Of a stretch of 64,000 nucleotides of DNA, positions 58,146 to 64,000 are shown one piece after another (within the stretch, counting starts at the first letter, position 1; the number at the start of each line of letters is the position of its first letter). The DNA lies in NCBI GenBank assembly GCA_052426225.1, contig JBNJNM010000011.1, forward strand, positions 4,774,001 through 4,838,000. The letters are read 5' to 3'. The notes under the pieces were generated by a model, which was given only the letters and a program-made list of their open reading frames with translations, was not told where the DNA came from and searched no databases. The translations under genes and the position numbers were made by a program. Source of the DNA: Zancudomyces culisetae HAW-14-8. Lineage: Eukaryota > Fungi > Kickxellomycota.

Positions 58146-60283
58146 CCTACTTAGTTATTTCTATCTTGGTATTTTAATACTGTGTATATTATCATTATCT
58201 TCTATCACCTGTACTCTTTATATACTTAGCCCTGACCCCTTATCTCACTCATTTGACTAGGGTTGTCTTAACTTTTCTCACTTCAAACTAAACTAATATA
58301 ATAGAAATATAAATGTACAAAAGGTGATATTGTAATTTTGCAATTATATGCATGAATGAAATCCTTGTATTTCTGTTTTGCACAAGTGATAATTGCTTTT
58401 TGATAAATGGGGGAAAGATGAGGTAAGGAATTGGGGAGGGGGATATACTTGGTCACCAGTAAATGAAACAAACTAAACTGTGTGTTAATATCAGAATATG
58501 GTATATGGCTATACCAGAGCCACACATTATGAAAGTACCAACCTTAAAAAATATAGACAATTAAAAGCAGCTAAATGTTGGCGAGGCCTTGACTTCCTTA
58601 ATACCAGAATTCCTAGCAATATACAGTGGTGTTTGATTGTAAATATACACATTAATTAGTGTGTATAGCATGGCCTAGAAAAAGAGTATAGACTTATTAG
58701 ATACATACTTCCTTTTCAGAAATGGATAGTCGTACAAAAACATCCGGGGTAGAAGTAGCTGATATTTTTGGAATATGCAATCAACTTCAAGACTTCAACT
58801 CCATTCGAAAAAAAAACACCAAAACATGAAGCGATGGGTTTTCGGTAGTTTCAATAGCTTTCTTGTGTTAACCGCTCGAGCATGTCTCCAAAAGATAACG
58901 CATACCATCCATAATGCTTTAAATCCGTTCATAATATTAATGTTTGGACCCAGATATAACCAAAGAACATCTTAAATGAACAACCTCGAATGGTTTGTGT
59001 AGGATCAGAAATTTCGGGTTCACTAACTATCCGACTTTTGTACAACCATTTCCGCTATTAAATAATAGAGGGAATTGAGAAAAAATCAATGTTAAATTTC
59101 CTGCTAGTGATAAAAAGTAAACATTGTGGAGTTTTCCTTTTTGGGTTGTAGGGCTGATGATTTGCACATCCCCTAGGCCCAATAACAGTTAAATCGGCAA
59201 TAAAAGGAATCATTCACGTGAAAATGCACGATTTTGCGACTTTTAAAGTAATTTTTTATTGGGCACAGCTTCAATTCCATAAAAATGTTTGATATATTGA
59301 GTTTTCAATAAAAAGAACAAAAAAGTAAGAGATAGCCAACACAACGTATCAAAATACATTTACAGTTACACATATTAAAAAAAAAAGTACAGGAAAAAAC
59401 ATAATGGCACCCTGGGTGTAAATTTCATGCTAACATGGAAATGAATTCTATAGATAAACTTGGAGTAAGCCAGCTTACTCTACAAATGCTTATGATATAC
59501 TTAAAGTCAATAGCATTCACCAATTTCTTGCTTGAACAGATACTGAAAAGGAATTTTTTCATGTAGGTGGAGTGATCCGTTGTGTTTTTTTAGAAAGTGT
59601 GTGTGTGAAACATGTGTATTAGTTCATTATTTTTACCCTTTCCTTTAAGCTATTGTTTGTAAATCCTTTAAGTAAAAAAATTTTCAGCATGACCTGATTG
59701 GTGAGTTTCTAATGATTGCGAAACATAAATAGATTAAAGAAATGAAATAAATTGTGCACTTTGACATTGTTGATTTCGATACTGTTATTTCGTCTTTATC
59801 TTGTATCGATTGGATTTTAATGGTTGTGATTAAAGATTAATTTGTGATTTCGCAATGCCAAATTTGTAAGTGTGTGTTTGATCAAGTGTGGTTTTGACAT
59901 TTGGCCAGTGTGTTTTTTTTAGCGAGTTTTCCTTATAATAGTTCTTATATACAATGAATCCACCAAATATTCATGAAATTGGGTACCAGTCCATTTACCA
60001 AGTCTACAGAAAGTTGAAGCTACATACCTTACTGGCCTTGATTTGCTTAGTCTATTTTTTTTTACCCAGGGAAGGTATCAAAAAAAATAACGATAACATT
60101 TCAATACGATTTTTGATCATCTGTTAAACCTTTGATTAAGGAACCTTGCATAAAATCTGAAAAAGTTATTTTTTTGTTATAAAGGCGAGCTTTGAACATT
60201 TTTTTAAAAAGGCGCAAAAAATATTTGCTGATAGTAAATCCTAATTTAAATCATATACTCAACACTATTTTAAAAGTAGTAAA

Positions 60284-61723
60284 ATGAGTATTAACGAAAC
60301 AAACTTAGATGAAAAGGTGGTGGTGCTGAATTCTAAGGTGGTGCTTACAGAGGAAGAGCTTGAACAAGCAAAGAAAATATCAAGAAAAATAGATCTTCGA
60401 CTCCTTCCAATTATTGTGGTTCTTTATGTAGCATCGATTATTGACAGAACAAACATTGGAGCAGCCTTAGTAAATGGGCTGATCAAAGAATTCAATCTAG
60501 ATGCGCGTCTGCAGACCTTGGTTACGGCCATGTTTTACGTGTTTTACACCACTCTGGAGCTACCTTCGAACATCCTCTTGAAAAGAGTCAAACCAAGGTA
60601 CTGGTTTTCACTTATCACACTTGCTTGGTCAATAACTTGTATGCTTCAGGCAGCAGCAAAAAATGCTACCGTATTTATTGTTTTTAGATCAATATTGGGT
60701 GCTGTCGAATCTGGGTTTGCACCTGGAATGATTGCATTTCTTCCATATTGGTACACTAGAGAAGAGGTTGGATTTAGAACAAGCGTATTTTTTGGAGCTA
60801 TCCCAATTTCGGGTTTAGTCGGTAGCCCACTTGCTGCAGCTCTTGCCTCCATAAAATCATCATTGGCGCCATATCAGATGATCTTTTTGGTGGAGGGTGC
60901 TGTAACTTTTGTGCTTGGAGTGGCCGCAATTTTCATTCTACAAGATTATCCAGAAACGTGTACTTTTCTAACAAACGATGAAAAGGCTTTGGTTATCAGA
61001 AAGCTCAAGGCGGATCAAGGACTTGCCACACGAGCCAAGTTGTCATTTTTTTCGGTTCTCAAGGCAATATTTGACTGGAGGACAGCAGTATACTGCGTTT
61101 TTCACTTTGCTTTTACTAATGTTGTCAACTCGATTGTGATATTTGGACCGACTCTGATGAAAGGACTTGGATATGATCCTGTTACAGCAACTTATCTGAC
61201 ATCAATTCCTTGTGCTGCAGGCGTGTTGGCGATAATTGCTTCGTTTTACCTGCCAAAGCGAATTCCATTAAACCTCAATATCTTTATAACGCTACTAATT
61301 ACAACTGTATTCTTGGTAATTATGGCATTTGGCAAGGGCAAATTTTTACGAATGTTTGCATTTACGTGTTTGGGAATTGGAGTTTATCCCGGCTTTCCGA
61401 TGTACCTTTCATGGATGTCCACAAACCAAGGTGGAATAGGAAAGAGATTGGTAGTTACAGCTGTCGTTTTTTCTGTTGGAAATGTCTCGGGTGCTGTACT
61501 TCCGGTTATGTTTACGACTAACCACGCGCCACGATTCATAACTGGATTTATTTTCCTTCTCGCATGTAACGTTTTGGCCATGATTCTAGTCGTAGTGTTA
61601 GCATTACACTATAAGAGTGAGAACAGAAGAAAAGAAAAGAATCCAGTAGACGTTTCGCATATGTCTGAGGATGACCAACAACTTTTATACAATGAACACC
61701 CTCAATTTAGATATACCCTGTAG
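60284..61723 (+). CDS. MFS transporter, Dal5/Tna1 family, paralog C
   Basis: 479 aa, collinear with paralogs A and B, more diverged, opposite orientation. Confidence 0.93.
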   Translation: MSINETNLDEKVVVLNSKVVLTEEELEQAKKISRKIDLRLLPIIVVLYVASIIDRTNIGAALVNGLIKEFNLDARLQTLVTAMFYVFYTTLELPSNILLKRVKPRYWFSLITLAWSITCMLQAAAKNATVFIVFRSILGAVESGFAPGMIAFLPYWYTREEVGFRTSVFFGAIPISGLVGSPLAAALASIKSSLAPYQMIFLVEGAVTFVLGVAAIFILQDYPETCTFLTNDEKALVIRKLKADQGLATRAKLSFFSVLKAIFDWRTAVYCVFHFAFTNVVNSIVIFGPTLMKGLGYDPVTATYLTSIPCAAGVLAIIASFYLPKRIPLNLNIFITLLITTVFLVIMAFGKGKFLRMFAFTCLGIGVYPGFPMYLSWMSTNQGGIGKRLVVTAVVFSVGNVSGAVLPVMFTTNHAPRFITGFIFLLACNVLAMILVVVLALHYKSENRRKEKNPVDVSHMSEDDQQLLYNEHPQFRYTL

Positions 61724-62100
61724 CTGATTTTTTTTAAAAAAAATATAATTGACTCTTGGTTTTTATATCAATAGTATACGTGTTACAAAATCATAATACT
61801 TAATAAAACTTTGTTTTGAGTTTATTTGAGGTTTGTGAATGTGCAAGTCGGAGTAATTTCATAGAAACAACATCCACTGAATATGGCACCCACTGGAGAG
61901 ACATATAGTTGCTGAATAGGCATTTTGTGGATGCCTGTATGATAATATCGTATTAAAGCATCCTTCCCATTTGTATTCTGATTACAGTTAATGGTAAAAA
62001 GTTGTTTTATTTCAACTCAACTTTTCTAAAAGAACCATGAAATAAAAAAATTCTATGAATAATGTTTTATCTAAAAGGATATGAGTCTAGAACCTGAAAA

Positions 62101-62628
62101 TTAGGTTCTCTTGACCTTGAGCCAAGCGAATGAAACTGCATTTCCACCAAGAACATCAGCTACATTGGCGATAGTCTTGGATGATGATCTACGAACCACT
62201 TGGCATTTTCCAGTACAATCCTTTGCTGCACAGACCACAATAACACCCTTTCCTGGCTTAGTCAATCCACTCTTATTTCCGAGCTTGATTGATGCAAATT
62301 CATCAGTGTTGTAGCACTTTCCGCGCCTGACGCTGCGCTTGCTGATTTTTTGGCCAAAGTTGGCAGTCTTGTACAATCTAACATTTGTTCTCTTGCCCTT
62401 GCAACGACCCTTGCAACGGCCACGCATATCATTGAATTCACAACCAGACATATCGTTATTGTATTTGTAATCAGCTAGGTCATTGTTGTATTCAGCATTA
62501 GCAAGATTGTTGTTGTATTTGGAATCGGAAAGGTCACTGTTATATTCCTGCTGGGCATTGTTTAGCTTTACTGCACCAGCCATCGTTGAACCTAGGAGTA
62601 AGGTACTGACTAATACTGATTTAAGCAT
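62101..62628 (-). CDS. Secreted protein: signal peptide, acidic repeat pro-region, basic Cys-containing C-terminal domain
   Basis: Signal-like MLKSVLVSTLLLGSTMA, 9-aa YNxDLxDxK repeats, KR dibasic site, TATA-like TATATAA upstream (~62735-62741). Confidence 0.8.
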   Translation of the reverse strand: MLKSVLVSTLLLGSTMAGAVKLNNAQQEYNSDLSDSKYNNNLANAEYNNDLADYKYNNDMSGCEFNDMRGRCKGRCKGKRTNVRLYKTANFGQKISKRSVRRGKCYNTDEFASIKLGNKSGLTKPGKGVIVVCAAKDCTGKCQVVRRSSSKTIANVADVLGGNAVSFAWLKVKRT

Positions 62629-63804
62629 TTTTATTTTTATTTGAATTTTGTTGCTTTTGTTTGCTTTGGTCTATTTGTTTTTTTTTCCTGGTAGGAATGT
62701 TGTGTTTTATTAAATTATATGAAAAAGCCTTGCCCTTATATACTTTGTAAAAGGTATACTAGCTTGTAAATAAACAGTTACAAAGTAATAATACACAACA
62801 CAATGCAGCTGGTGACATATCCCAAAAGTATAATACTAATGGTAGATTCAGTCTCTTGTACAGTTGTGGGTATACGACTTAGAAAACCTAGAAATATTTT
62901 GGTGGTTCTAGGTTATCCTTAAACTTTAAGTTTACCAGAAAAAATGACAATATACTGATCACCTCATATATTTGTCCTATCACAAAGACATGAACTGAAT
63001 TACAAATCCGGACCCAGATCCAGATCCAGTATGTATATAAATATATTTCTATCAATAGGCAGAATATTTACTGCATGAAGTTGAACCAAGTTGCTGGTGT
63101 TATTGGTGCGACTAGTAGTTATAAACGCACATTTTTTGTGAAATATTTATCTAAGCAGAATGTGTTCCATTTCTTATGAAAAATTATGGAGCAACTATCA
63201 ACCTCTAAATGACTTGAAAAAAAACCGAGTTCTTGATCCAGGCCAATACCCATTTATGGGGAAAGCGTATATTCTTGGGTGCCTTTCAAATAAATAAGAA
63301 CTGATCGAGTTGGGCGTTTATAAGTGACAAGTTAGCTTCCAGGTTCTCCACTGGCCCTGTAGGTGCATTAAAAGGCTACCAAGAAAGATTAAAATGAAAC
63401 GGGACCTAACTCTAAGAAAATCAATACAGACTAGAGTCCAATGTAATATACATTTTTTTATACCCAGATTCAGCTGAGCTCCGCTATTCATCTCTTAGAA
63501 CTTGTGAGTAAATGAATACAGATATTTGGGATAGATTCTATGAATAGAAGCACGTCTCCTAGGATGTTTTTACCAGTATTGTTATATGGGATATTAATCC
63601 TATGACCGCAGGATTAATTTCAGTGAGAGGAGAGGAGAGGGGAGGGGAGGAAGAGAAGATGTTAATAACAAAATATCTGTTTTTGATTAGCACACGTGCT
63701 CCAGGTTTATTACAGATCCAGCGAACGTAAAGACTAACAAAATAAGGCTATTAAATTATGTTCTAAAAAATACCAATACTATTAAAAAACAAACTATAGT
63801 GTAA

Positions 63805-64000
63805 TTACTTACGGCTATATAACCATATCATAGAGTTAGCAGCACCACCAATATATTTTTCAATATTCTTGGGACCACGCCAAGTTTTTCTACTTTCAGT
63901 GAGGCACTTTCCACCGCAGTCATCGCTATTACAAAACACCATCCAACCCTTACCCGGTTTTCCATTTTGAAACCGTGCAGATTTGATACTTGGTATACGG
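63805..64000 (-). CDS. 3' end of a paralog of the 62101-62628 secreted protein (5' part outside the window)
   Basis: Manual translation RIPSIKSARFQNGKPGKGWMVFCNSDDCGGKCLTESRKTWRGPKNIEKYIGGAANSMIWLYSRK* aligns gap-free with KPGKGVIVVCAAKDCTGKCQVVRRSSSKTIANVADVLGGNAVSFAWLKVKRT. Confidence 0.8.
   Translation of the reverse strand, partial: RIPSIKSARFQNGKPGKGWMVFCNSDDCGGKCLTESRKTWRGPKNIEKYIGGAANSMIWLYSRK

Overview
AT-rich eukaryotic DNA with short GT-AG introns (about 65-190 nt) and fungal-type genes. The style fits an early-diverging fungus; Harpellales gut fungi (Zancudomyces/Smittium-like) is my inference, not proven. Housekeeping genes: P4-ATPase (5' part), penta-EF-hand PEF1, STE20/PAK, Zds1-like, capping protein alpha, NOP7, UBC8, SSS1, TRM10, a probable PEX8, an SDR and MIH1/CDC25. 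An accessory block at about 25-43 kb holds a GST pseudogene, two MFS paralogs, an ABCC transporter, a near-identical 2.8-kb direct duplication carrying a TM-RING-H2 gene, and an intronless gene of the bacterial DIP1984 family (HGT candidate). The most striking observation is a two-exon single-pass membrane protein gene (50645-51251). Its spliced frame ends ...C-G-I-D-P-L-F-G-G-G-G-TGA-G-TAA, the SELENOS/SELENOK-type GG-Sec-G C-terminus. No canonical SECIS follows; instead there is a strongly paired sense-strand RNA structure. This is a candidate fungal selenoprotein with a non-canonical recoding element. A third MFS paralog and a tandem pair of secreted Cys-containing basic proteins close the window.
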